Shown here piece after piece: positions 52,418 through 61,145 of a stretch of DNA of 64,000 nucleotides (positions within the stretch are counted from its first letter, which is position 1; the number at the start of each line of letters is the position of its first letter). The notes beneath the pieces were generated by a model. The model was not told the origin of the DNA and searched no databases. It saw nothing but the letters and a program-made list of their open reading frames with translations. Source of the stretch: Gemmatimonadales bacterium (GTDB taxonomy: Bacteria > Gemmatimonadota > Gemmatimonadetes > Gemmatimonadales > GWC2-71-9). A program made the position numbers and the translations under genes. The DNA lies in assembly GCA_041577295.1 (NCBI GenBank), contig JBFGJG010000003.1:96001-160000 (forward strand), read 5' to 3'.

Positions 52418-53029
52418 CTACGGCTGAGCAACCCGGCTCCGCACGCGCTCGTAGTCGGCGGGCTCGTCCAGATCGGTCAGCAGCTCGCTTGGCCACTGGA
52501 GCACGGCGGCGCGCTCTCGGTTGCTCTGGATCACTCGTTTTCCGCACCCATCGCCATCTGGCGCGCCAAGCTGCCCGAAGAGTGTACGATCGTAAAGGGT
52601 GGGCGGTGCGGTCACTCCGTCAAACTCGCTCACCACCAACGGCAACGCCGTCGAACGGTAGCGCTCCACCAGCGCCGCGTACATCTCGGAGGTGATCAGG
52701 GGCATGTCTGCCAGAATGACGACCACCGCCGGCGTGCTCTCTGGGAGCGCTTCCATCCCGACCCACAGCGACCGATTCACCCCTCGCTCCGGCTGGTCGT
52801 TGCGCACGGTGTGACATGCGAGATCCGCGAGCACCGGGACGATCCGTTCGGCTTCGTGACCAACGACCACGATGACCGGATCGAGCCCCGCAGCAATCGC
52901 CTGTCGAACCGCGCGGTGCACCACCACCTCACCACCCAAGTCGAGAAGCAGCTTGTTCCGACCCATGCGGGTAGAGGTTCCGGCGGCCAACACTAAACCG
53001 GCCACGGGGAGCGTCCGCTCATCCGGCAT
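52418..53029 (-). CDS. mocA: Molybdenum cofactor cytidylyltransferase
   Basis: LAAGTSTRMGRNKLL, LADMP and DLDEPADY motifs; lies inside an MCD-dependent enzyme cluster. Confidence 0.85.
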   Translation of the reverse strand: MPDERTLPVAGLVLAAGTSTRMGRNKLLLDLGGEVVVHRAVRQAIAAGLDPVIVVVGHEAERIVPVLADLACHTVRNDQPERGVNRSLWVGMEALPESTPAVVVILADMPLITSEMYAALVERYRSTALPLVVSEFDGVTAPPTLYDRTLFGQLGAPDGDGCGKRVIQSNRERAAVLQWPSELLTDLDEPADYERVRSRVAQP

Positions 53030-54104
53030 GGATCGCTCCGCCTCGATTTCGCAGATGTTGTCCGCCTCGTCCCGTGTGAACCGCGAGCAGCTCCGCGACG
53101 ATGCTCAGCGCCACCTGTTCCGGTCCGTCCGCCCCCACGTCGATGCCGACCGGTCCATACACGCGTTCGGTACGCTGGCCGCCAGCCCACTGCACGATCT
53201 CTCCGGTCCGCTCGCGCGGTCCCAGCACGCCGACGTACCCAATGGCAGATGCGAGCAACCGCTTCACCCATTCGCGATCGTGAATGAGCGAGTGATTCAT
53301 GACGACCGCGTAGGAGTGTGCGTGAAGGGGCAGTCCAGCAAGATCGTCCTCGGAATGCAACCGCTCCAGCCGCAACGCACTCGGAAAACGATCGCTCGAC
53401 AGATACGCCGGTCGGTGATCGACGACGATGACGCGAAATCCCATCTGGGCGGCGAGACTCACCAACGGCATCGCATCGTCGCCGGCGCCTACCACGAGCA
53501 ACCACGGCGGCGGAACGAAAGTGTCGGTGAACAGCCGATGTTCGCCGAGGTCCTGCACGTTGGATTGCCCGTTCCCGATGGAAATCCGCGCGGCGTCGAT
53601 CGCGAGCGTGTCCAGGAGGGCGCTGCCGGTGGACTCCACGTGGGCGCGCTGGGTGGTGACGAGGGCACCACCATGGTGGCTCGGCCCGTCGATGACCGTC
53701 GTTACCGCAAACGGGGCGTCTTGGCTCAGCAACTCGGCGAGTTGGCGCACCAGCGCGAGCTTCTCGGGGGTGGAAAATGGCTGGATGAACACGTCGACCG
53801 AGCCGTTGCACCCGAGGCCCAGTCCCCAGACGGTGTGTTCATCCGTCCCGGTGTCGTAGTGGCGCAACCGGGGCTTGTTCTCGCGCAGCACCTGTAGCGC
53901 CACCTCACGCACATCCGCTTCCAAACACCCGCCGCTCACCCCGCCGAGCGTGGACCCGCCGGTTTCGATGAGCAACTTGGCCCCGGGTCGCCGATAAGCG
54001 GAACCGTCGATGCGAACGACCGTCGCCAAGGCGGCCTCCCCACCGGCTGCGGCGAGGGCGAGCACGCGCTTGACAATCGTGGTTGTCTCGTGCCAATGCT
54101 TCAC
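53019..54104 (-). CDS. XdhC/CoxI family Moco chaperone
   Basis: GSAYRRPGA, SGGCLE, GLGCNG and YGPVGIDVGADGPEQVALSIVAE motifs. Confidence 0.88.
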   Translation of the reverse strand: MKHWHETTTIVKRVLALAAAGGEAALATVVRIDGSAYRRPGAKLLIETGGSTLGGVSGGCLEADVREVALQVLRENKPRLRHYDTGTDEHTVWGLGLGCNGSVDVFIQPFSTPEKLALVRQLAELLSQDAPFAVTTVIDGPSHHGGALVTTQRAHVESTGSALLDTLAIDAARISIGNGQSNVQDLGEHRLFTDTFVPPPWLLVVGAGDDAMPLVSLAAQMGFRVIVVDHRPAYLSSDRFPSALRLERLHSEDDLAGLPLHAHSYAVVMNHSLIHDREWVKRLLASAIGYVGVLGPRERTGEIVQWAGGQRTERVYGPVGIDVGADGPEQVALSIVAELLAVHTGRGGQHLRNRGGAIHAG

Positions 54105-54444
54105 TAGGGTCTCCCGAGCAAGGTTACCCGGGCCCGGCGTGGACCGTCAACCGGTTCGACAGTCGCACACCGCGCATCGCGTCGCGACACGGGTTACCCA
54201 AAAAACGTGATATACGGCGGATTTCATGGTAGCGATCTTGCAGACACGTTGACGCGGTGCTAATGGTGCTATTGTGGCAAGCCGATATGAATAAATGACG
54301 GGAGGCATGGCAGGTTGTGTGGACCTTGGGACATCTTCATGGACACAGGGACACCGTAAGATGCCGTGCCACGCCGCCACAACACAGCTTAAGCCGTTGA
54401 AGGACATGACGTTGGAGTGGGTAAACGCGGGGTGAGTGGAACCT

Positions 54445-54460
54445 TGGCACGCTTTTGGCG
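54445..54460 (+). promoter_or_regulatory. Possible sigma-54 (-24/-12) promoter
   Basis: TGGCACG-CTTT-TGGCG has correct GG-N10-GC spacing and lies ~57 nt upstream of ATG 54517. Confidence 0.4.
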
Positions 54461-54516
54461 ATTTACTGGGGTGGACATAGTGCTCGCGGTGAGCACTACC
54501 TGATTTGGAGCTGGCA

Positions 54517-54993
54517 ATGACTGGGTGCGTGGAAAGCCAAAGCTCGCTGCTGTATAAAGAGCTCGACGAGACGATCGACCGACTCGTTCCCGTCGTGGAG
54601 GAGATGTTCCAGCGGTTCGGAACGAGCGATCAAATCAGTAGCGAGCCACACGGTGCTGGGGTGATGGTCACCCTGCCAATGTCCTTCCCTGACGGTATCG
54701 GTCGGGGTGAGATTGTTGCCCGGCTGTTCCGCTATCGGGACGCGGTGCGCTTGGATGTGGAGATCGATCACAACCGGGTGTTCACAGAGCCTGATGGGTC
54801 GGCGTCGGACCGGCGCTGCTTCTTCAACGATTTCGTCGCGTCGGTTCGTTTGGATGCTGGCAGCGACAGCATCCCGATGGACTTCAAGCGACGCGTAATC
54901 GCGGGAATCAACGCCGCACGGGACGCGGTACAGCGATACAACCGTGCTCACCCTGAGCCGTGGAACGAAGTCAAGGTGGTCGCTGCGCGCTGA
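54517..54993 (+). CDS. Hypothetical protein
   Basis: RBS GGAG 6 nt before the ATG, GC-rich third codon positions and a terminator downstream. No motif recognised. Confidence 0.7.
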   Translation: MTGCVESQSSLLYKELDETIDRLVPVVEEMFQRFGTSDQISSEPHGAGVMVTLPMSFPDGIGRGEIVARLFRYRDAVRLDVEIDHNRVFTEPDGSASDRRCFFNDFVASVRLDAGSDSIPMDFKRRVIAGINAARDAVQRYNRAHPEPWNEVKVVAAR

Positions 54994-55016
54994 CCAAACC
55001 AATGTGGCAATATCCA

Positions 55017-55050
55017 GGGACGGTGATGAAATCACCGTCCCTTTTTCTTT
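55017..55050 (+). terminator. Rho-independent terminator
   Basis: GGGACGGTGAT-GAA-ATCACCGTCCC, a perfect 11-bp stem followed by TTTTTCTTT. Confidence 0.85.
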
Positions 55051-55056
55051 CAGCGG

Positions 55057-55998
55057 CTATTTGGTCACCTCAACCGCCACTGCTGCCCAGGAGCCCTCTG
55101 GGTGCAGCGTGTACCGCGCGTCGCCGATCCACACGAGAAACTCCTCCCCCAGGTCCTCCACCTGGTAATACGGAAACCGAGCCCAAGCGAGAAACCGCCG
55201 TACCCGCGGGCCACGGGTTGCTGCCGTAACGGCGTAGTGCGACGGGAACCGATCGAGGACGAGGCTGTCGATCTCGAGCCGTGGGGCGGGAAGCCAGCGC
55301 AGGGAACCGGTTCGATAGTGACGGCCGTCGTCCACCACGACATACCGGGTGAATGGCGAAACGGGCACGGGACCCACCATGATCCGCAGCGGCTGTACGT
55401 CACCGCCCTGCGTGAGCGTGGCGTGAACGATTCGACGTCCGAGTACGTTGGAGGCCGCCATTCCAGCGACGTAGAGTCCCATCAGACCAAGCGCGATCAA
55501 CGCCGGGCGTCCGGTTGCCGTGTCACCGGATCGACGGCGGCGAGACGCCAGCCATACGCCGGCCGACAGGACACCCCATACCCACGGATCGACAATGAAC
55601 AACGTGTCACCGTAGAACCACCGCGATGAGAACGGCATGAGCCACCGCATCCCATACACGTTGAGCGAGTCGAGCACCGGGTGGCTCAGGACCGCCAGCC
55701 CGGCCAGCAGGAGGATCTGGCGGGCTCGTACCGGCCGCGATCCTCCACTCCGGGCGAATCGAGCCCACAGCAGCATGACTCCCGTCAAGAGCAGGGGAAG
55801 CACCAGCAGCCCCAACACACCGTGAGTGGCACCCCGGCGGAACCAGAGGGCGTGCGTTGCGCTCCATGCGTACGCCAGTACATCGATGTCCGGGAGATTG
55901 ACGCCGATCAGCAGGGTGGCGGTGCCAAGCGCCGTGCGATCCGCTAAGCCACTGCGTGCCAACGTGGCACCTACGAGTGTATGAGTGACCGGATCCAC
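55057..55998 (-). CDS. Membrane metal-dependent hydrolase (YdjM/YfhP-like)
   Basis: (M)DPVTHTL, NLPDID, RGATH, SHPVLD.LN.YG and FIVDPW motifs. Confidence 0.85.
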   Translation of the reverse strand: MDPVTHTLVGATLARSGLADRTALGTATLLIGVNLPDIDVLAYAWSATHALWFRRGATHGVLGLLVLPLLLTGVMLLWARFARSGGSRPVRARQILLLAGLAVLSHPVLDSLNVYGMRWLMPFSSRWFYGDTLFIVDPWVWGVLSAGVWLASRRRRSGDTATGRPALIALGLMGLYVAGMAASNVLGRRIVHATLTQGGDVQPLRIMVGPVPVSPFTRYVVVDDGRHYRTGSLRWLPAPRLEIDSLVLDRFPSHYAVTAATRGPRVRRFLAWARFPYYQVEDLGEEFLVWIGDARYTLHPEGSWAAVAVEVTK

Positions 55999-56005
55999 GC
56001 GACCG

Positions 56006-56359
56006 TCAATCAGCCGGAGGATCCAACGGGTCGTCCTCCCTACGGACTTCCGTGCAACGCGGGCACGGACAGATGGCCCGAAGATACTCGTAGGTGTAGA
56101 TCCCAGTGTTGTGGCCGTCACTCCACTCGATACGGATGGCGTAGCTGCCAACGAGCCCAATTGCCAACGGCTTGAGGTCCGGCGGAACTGTGGAAGGATT
56201 GAGCAGTGGCGCGCCGGTCATCTCCTCCCGACAGACGGCGCAGTGACAGCCGAGTCGCAGTTCACGCGCGGGATAGTGGCTCACGTGATCACTCGACCAC
56301 GTGATGACCACCTCCCGCTCGCCGCGGTGGATGCGCTCGGGGATGGGAATCTCGTTCAC
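56006..56359 (-). CDS. DUF971 / gamma-butyrobetaine hydroxylase N-terminal-like protein
   Basis: LRLGCHCAVC, VGSYAIRIEWSDGHNTGIYTYEYLR and CPCPRC motifs; GTGA overlap with osmC. Confidence 0.85.
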   Translation of the reverse strand: MNEIPIPERIHRGEREVVITWSSDHVSHYPARELRLGCHCAVCREEMTGAPLLNPSTVPPDLKPLAIGLVGSYAIRIEWSDGHNTGIYTYEYLRAICPCPRCTEVRREDDPLDPPAD

Positions 56360-56787
56360 GACTCCAGCTTGGCTTCCAACTCGAGCTTTACGCCTTGCTT
56401 GAGCGCCTTGGAAACGGGACAGTTGTTCTTCGCGTCTTCCGCTGCCTTGGCAAACGCACCTGCGTCCATCCCTGGTACCTTGGCTCGCACTTGGAGGCGC
56501 ATCGTTGTGATCTTTGGGGCACCCTCCACCATATCGAGGGTGCAGGCCGCATCGACCGTCACGCGCTCCGGTGTCTTTCCGGCTTTCTCGAGCGCGGCCG
56601 AAAGCGCCATGCTCAAACACGAAGCGTGTGCGGCCGCAATGAGTTCCTCGGGAGTAGTGCCTCTCGCACCCTCGAATCGCGTCGCAAACGTGTACTCGCC
56701 CGCAAACGCACCCGAGCCGGCTTTGAAGTGGCCTCTGCCGGATTTCAAACCACTGGTCCACGTTGCCGATGCCTTACTCGTCGTCAT
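56356..56787 (-). CDS. osmC: OsmC peroxiredoxin
   Basis: ATWTSGLKSGRG, TTPEELIAAAHASC and CPVSKAL motifs. Confidence 0.92.
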   Translation of the reverse strand: MTTSKASATWTSGLKSGRGHFKAGSGAFAGEYTFATRFEGARGTTPEELIAAAHASCLSMALSAALEKAGKTPERVTVDAACTLDMVEGAPKITTMRLQVRAKVPGMDAGAFAKAAEDAKNNCPVSKALKQGVKLELEAKLES

Positions 56788-57845
56788 GAGGTCTCCTTGG
56801 TCGAAGGATTTGACCCGCGCGGGGTTCGTGCCACGCGGTCGGGGATATGGTGCAACTTCAACGCGAGGAATTGTCCCGCCTGCCGCTCCGCCCAGAACGC
56901 TGGAGCCCATGGGGGACCGCCCACGAATCCCACGTGACCCCCGTGCGGTGTGATGCATCCCGTGAGATGGGGATTGTCCCGGACCGCCGCGGACGGCACG
57001 GCGCTCCGGGGAAGAAAGGGATCGTCTCGTGAATGAATGATGAGCGTGGGAATACCGACGCCGGTGAGAAATTGACCGCTGCTCGATCGGCGATAGTAGT
57101 CCTCGGCGTCTTGGAACCCATGCAACACAGCAGTGGCAGCGTCATCGAATTCCCGAAAGGTCCGAGCGCCGAGTACCCGCCCAAGATCGACGTGATCGCG
57201 CATCAGGTCGATTTTCGCGCGGACTTTTCCCTGCAACCGCTTGAGGAGGTACTGGCGATAGACTCGTGAGAAGCCGCGCTCCAAGTAATCGGCGCCGCGG
57301 GAGAGGTCGAACGGGACAGAAATGGCGGCGGCGGCCTGCAAAGGGGCCGAGGTGATGCCGGCGCCCGCACCCCGCTCGCCGAGGTACTTGAGCAGCACGT
57401 TCCCACCGAGGGAGAACCCCACCGCTCCCAATCGGCGGCGCGGGAATCTGGACCGCAGCATCGTCAGCACATGCGCGATGTCGCCCGTGTCACCCGAGTG
57501 ATACAGCCGCGGCAACCGGTTCGGCTCGCCGCTGCACGAGCGAAAGTTCATCCCGACGGCCGCAACGTCGTGACGTATCAGGACACGATAGATCTCGAGC
57601 GCGTACGTCGATTGCGCGCATCCTTCCAGACCGTGCAGCATCACCACCAACGGCGTGTCTGATCGCGCCGTCACATCACCGACCGCCCCGACCCAGTCCA
57701 AATCGAGGAAGTCGCCGTCCGGCAACTCGACACGCTCCCGTGTGAATTTCACCCCTCCGCCCCGCCGCAGCATTCGCGCACCCAGCGTCTGGGCGTGGCT
57801 GCCCGGTAACCACCACGCGGGCCGAAATGTCTCGAGGTTCGTCAT
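56784..57845 (-). CDS. YheT-family alpha/beta hydrolase
   Basis: HAQT, DGDFLDLDW, HGLEG, GFSLGG, DDPF and GGHVGF motifs. Confidence 0.9.
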   Translation of the reverse strand: MTNLETFRPAWWLPGSHAQTLGARMLRRGGGVKFTRERVELPDGDFLDLDWVGAVGDVTARSDTPLVVMLHGLEGCAQSTYALEIYRVLIRHDVAAVGMNFRSCSGEPNRLPRLYHSGDTGDIAHVLTMLRSRFPRRRLGAVGFSLGGNVLLKYLGERGAGAGITSAPLQAAAAISVPFDLSRGADYLERGFSRVYRQYLLKRLQGKVRAKIDLMRDHVDLGRVLGARTFREFDDAATAVLHGFQDAEDYYRRSSSGQFLTGVGIPTLIIHSRDDPFLPRSAVPSAAVRDNPHLTGCITPHGGHVGFVGGPPWAPAFWAERQAGQFLALKLHHIPDRVARTPRGSNPSTKETS

Positions 57846-57924
57846 GTGGCCGAAATAATAACCCGCGGGGGACGGTTGCGGCGCGGCCCCAGACCGCCGG
57901 GACCTTGCGTTACCTTTCGCCGCC

Positions 57925-58623
57925 ATGACCTCGACACCAGGTGAGCAAAGCGTGCTCGCATTCGATCACGTCTCCAAGGAATACGGCACGTTCGCGGCGG
58001 GTACGAAGTTCGCGCTCAAGGACGTCACCTTCGAGCTTCCGGCCGGCCGCCGGGTCGCCATCGTCGGTCGCAGTGGCAGCGGCAAGTCCACCCTCCTGCA
58101 TCTCGCGGCTGGGATCGATGTACCAAGCCGCGGCCGTGTGTTGGTCAGCGGCACCGACCTCTCGACTCTGTCTGAGCGAGAGCGAACGCTGCGGCGTCGA
58201 GCGAGCGTGGGGTTGGTGTTCCAATTCTTCTACTTGCTACCGCACCTCTCGGTCTGGGAAAACGTCGCGCTGCCGGAGCTGATCGCTGGAGGGCGACCCA
58301 AACAGTTCGGCGACCGCGTCATGGAGCTCTTGGACCGTGTCAGGCTCGCCGATCGCGCGCACGACACCGTGCAGCGTCTCTCGGGTGGTGAGATGCAGCG
58401 GGTTGCCATCTGCCGCGCGATTCTGCGCAAGCCCATGCTCCTCCTGGCTGACGAACCCACGGGAAACCTCGATGACGACACGGCCGGAGATGTGATGGAG
58501 CTCATGCTCCGATTGGCCACGGACGAGGGTTCGACGCTGGTCTATGTCACGCACAGCGATGAGGCGGCCCGACTCGCCGATGCCATCTGGCACCTCCACA
58601 GCGGCGAGCTCGATACGGGGTGA
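57925..58623 (+). CDS. ABC transporter ATP-binding protein (LolD/MacB-type)
   Basis: GRSGSGKS, LSGGEMQR and LADEPTGNLD motifs. Confidence 0.92.
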   Translation: MTSTPGEQSVLAFDHVSKEYGTFAAGTKFALKDVTFELPAGRRVAIVGRSGSGKSTLLHLAAGIDVPSRGRVLVSGTDLSTLSERERTLRRRASVGLVFQFFYLLPHLSVWENVALPELIAGGRPKQFGDRVMELLDRVRLADRAHDTVQRLSGGEMQRVAICRAILRKPMLLLADEPTGNLDDDTAGDVMELMLRLATDEGSTLVYVTHSDEAARLADAIWHLHSGELDTG

Positions 58624-61145
58624 TCCGTTATCTCGTTCGTGCCATGCGGGCACAGCTCCGGGCCGGTAAGAGCCTCTATCTCCTCGCCGTGATTGGCGTC
58701 GCCCTGGGCGTCGCGTCGGTTTTGGCAATCCAGATCATCAATCGCAACGCCGTGGCGGCCTTTCGCGGGAGTGTCCGAGCCGTCAGCGGCGAATCGGATC
58801 TCACGGTGGTCGGGCAGCTCCCTACGTTTGCCGAGAGCCTCTACGTGGTGACGCTCGCGCAGGCCGGCGTGCGGCAGGCGCTGCCCATCTATCGTGTGAA
58901 TGTGGCCGTGGCGGACCGCGATGGGCTCTTCCTCGAGATCGTCGGTGTCGATCTCTTTCAACCCACGGGGATTCCGCTCGACAGCGTCACTGGCGACGTC
59001 GCCGCAGCGCTGCGCACGCCAGGCTGGGTGGCCGTGACACCGGAGTTGGGTCGCGAGCTCGGCTGGCGGGTGAATACGGCCGTGGACGTGACGAGCGGCA
59101 CCTCGCGCTCGCGGCTCAGGGTTGGCGCCCTGGTGGATTTCAAACGGATTGCGCCGCTGGCGAGCCGTAAGCTCGCCGTCATGGACATCGCGCAGGCCCA
59201 AGCGCTGTTCGGTACCCGGGGACAAATCAACCAAATCGATGTCGAGCTCGACCCTGGGGCCGACCGCGCGCTGGTCATGGAAACCCTCAGCCAGGCGCTC
59301 GGCCCGAGCGTGGCCGTCCTGACCCCCGGTCAGCGGGAGGAGCGGGCCGCGGGACTGATGGGTGCGTTTCGCGTGAACCTCACCGCGCTCAGCATGATCA
59401 GTCTCTTCGTGGGCCTGTTTCTGGTGTACGCGAGCACACAAGCCTCGTTGGTTCGCCGTCGCACCGAGTTCGGTGTGCTGCGCTCGCTCGGAGCCACGCA
59501 ACGCCAAGTCTTTGGGTTGATCGCCCTCGAGGTCACCGTGCTGGGCGCCCTTGGCGTAGCCATCGGCATCCCTCTCGGATATCTCGTTGCGGCGGCCAAC
59601 GTCGATGTGGTCAGCAATACCCTCACCAACCTGTACCTCCTGAACGAGATCGAAGCGCTCACGCTCCCACCGTGGCTGTTCGTGTCGGCCGCCGCCATCG
59701 GCATTGTTGGGGCTGTGCTTGGCGCGCTGTGGCCATCGCTCGACATGAGCCGGCGCGATCCCGCAGCACTGCTCAGCGCCTTCACGCTGCATGAACGACT
59801 CGGCTCTCTTGCTGCCCCCCTCGCACTTAGTGGGGTGCTGGTGCTCGTGCTCACCGGCGGCTGGTACTGGCTGATCGGTCACGAATGGCAGCCCGCGGGT
59901 TTTGTGTTGGCCATCGGCCTCCTCGTGGGAATCCCGTTGTTGACCCCGGCGACGGTCCAGGCGCTGGCGTCGCCGACACGAGTGCGGCGGTTCTCGCTGG
60001 ACTACGCCATCCGCACCCTCACCGTGCGGCTGCATGGCACATCGGTCGCGGTCGCTGCCCTTGCCGTGGCGGTCAGCATGTTGACCGGCATCACGGTCAT
60101 GGTGGAGAGCTTTCGCCGGACGGTGGCGTTGTGGGTCGAGACCTCCGTCGCCGCAGACGTTTACGTCACGACACCCACCTCGGCGCGCTCGCCAGCAGGC
60201 GCGTCGCTCGATTCGCAGGTGGTGTCCGCCGCCGCTTCGTTGGGAGGTGTGGTGAGCGTGGACCGCCTCCGCGGATTCTTGGGATACATCGGCGACCGAC
60301 GGGTTTCAGTCGTGGGCGTGGACATGGGATCCGCTCTGCCGAGGGACCGGTTTCCCCTATTCAGGGGGGAGGCTGAGCGCGCGTGGCACCAAGTCCGCGA
60401 GGCGGGTGCCGTGCTCATCAGCGAGCCCCTCGCCCGCAAGGAACGACTCCAAGTGGGAGACTCCGTGACGCTCGCCGGGCCAGAGGGCCCCCTCAACTTC
60501 GCGGTGGCCGGTGTCTACTACGACTATTCCACCGAAGCGGGAGCCGTGGCGATGGATCGGCGCACGCTCGATGCGCGCTTTGGTCCGGGCCCGATCAACA
60601 GTGTGGCACTGTATCTGGAGGAAGGCCTCGACAGCGAGCAGTTTGCCGATCGCTTGCGGCAAGCGCTCCCCGGCGTGCCGCTGCTGGTCCGGAGCAATCA
60701 GCGACTGCGTACCGAGGTGATGCGCATCTTCGACGAAACGTTTGCTATCACGCGCGTGCTTCAGGCAATGAGTTTGCTCATCGCGGTGGCGGGCATCACG
60801 CTGACACTCCTCGTCATCGCGCGCGAACGCGTTTCGGAACTGGCGTTGTACCGGTCTTTGGGGGCCGTCCGGCACCAGATCTTCGGCCTATTCGTTGGTA
60901 AGGGGCTAATGATGGGTACCCTCGCGATCGGGTTGGGTGTGATCGGCGGTCTCCTCCTGGCCGCTGTCCTGGTTTTTGTCATCAACCGGCGGTACTTCGG
61001 GTGGACCATACAAGTCGACCTACCCCTTGGCATCCTGGCCGTCCAGATGGCCACCATCCTCGGTGCAACGATTGTGGCGAGCATCTACCCCGCTCTGCGA
61101 GCATCCCGAACGCCTGCGACACAATTGAGCCGTGATGATCTGTAA
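58620..61145 (+). CDS. FtsX/MacB-type double-domain ABC permease (AttF/G-like)
   Basis: Two periplasmic plus FtsX units (RRTEFGVLRSLGA; RVSELALYRSLGA). Confidence 0.88.
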   Translation: MIRYLVRAMRAQLRAGKSLYLLAVIGVALGVASVLAIQIINRNAVAAFRGSVRAVSGESDLTVVGQLPTFAESLYVVTLAQAGVRQALPIYRVNVAVADRDGLFLEIVGVDLFQPTGIPLDSVTGDVAAALRTPGWVAVTPELGRELGWRVNTAVDVTSGTSRSRLRVGALVDFKRIAPLASRKLAVMDIAQAQALFGTRGQINQIDVELDPGADRALVMETLSQALGPSVAVLTPGQREERAAGLMGAFRVNLTALSMISLFVGLFLVYASTQASLVRRRTEFGVLRSLGATQRQVFGLIALEVTVLGALGVAIGIPLGYLVAAANVDVVSNTLTNLYLLNEIEALTLPPWLFVSAAAIGIVGAVLGALWPSLDMSRRDPAALLSAFTLHERLGSLAAPLALSGVLVLVLTGGWYWLIGHEWQPAGFVLAIGLLVGIPLLTPATVQALASPTRVRRFSLDYAIRTLTVRLHGTSVAVAALAVAVSMLTGITVMVESFRRTVALWVETSVAADVYVTTPTSARSPAGASLDSQVVSAAASLGGVVSVDRLRGFLGYIGDRRVSVVGVDMGSALPRDRFPLFRGEAERAWHQVREAGAVLISEPLARKERLQVGDSVTLAGPEGPLNFAVAGVYYDYSTEAGAVAMDRRTLDARFGPGPINSVALYLEEGLDSEQFADRLRQALPGVPLLVRSNQRLRTEVMRIFDETFAITRVLQAMSLLIAVAGITLTLLVIARERVSELALYRSLGAVRHQIFGLFVGKGLMMGTLAIGLGVIGGLLLAAVLVFVINRRYFGWTIQVDLPLGILAVQMATILGATIVASIYPALRASRTPATQLSRDDL

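Noticed and set aside
51450..54104. Labile-selenium Mo-hydroxylase system linked to the selenoprotein
   Set aside because: No selD, yqeB or yqeC-like gene is recognisable. XdhC and MocA are explained by ordinary MCD maturation.
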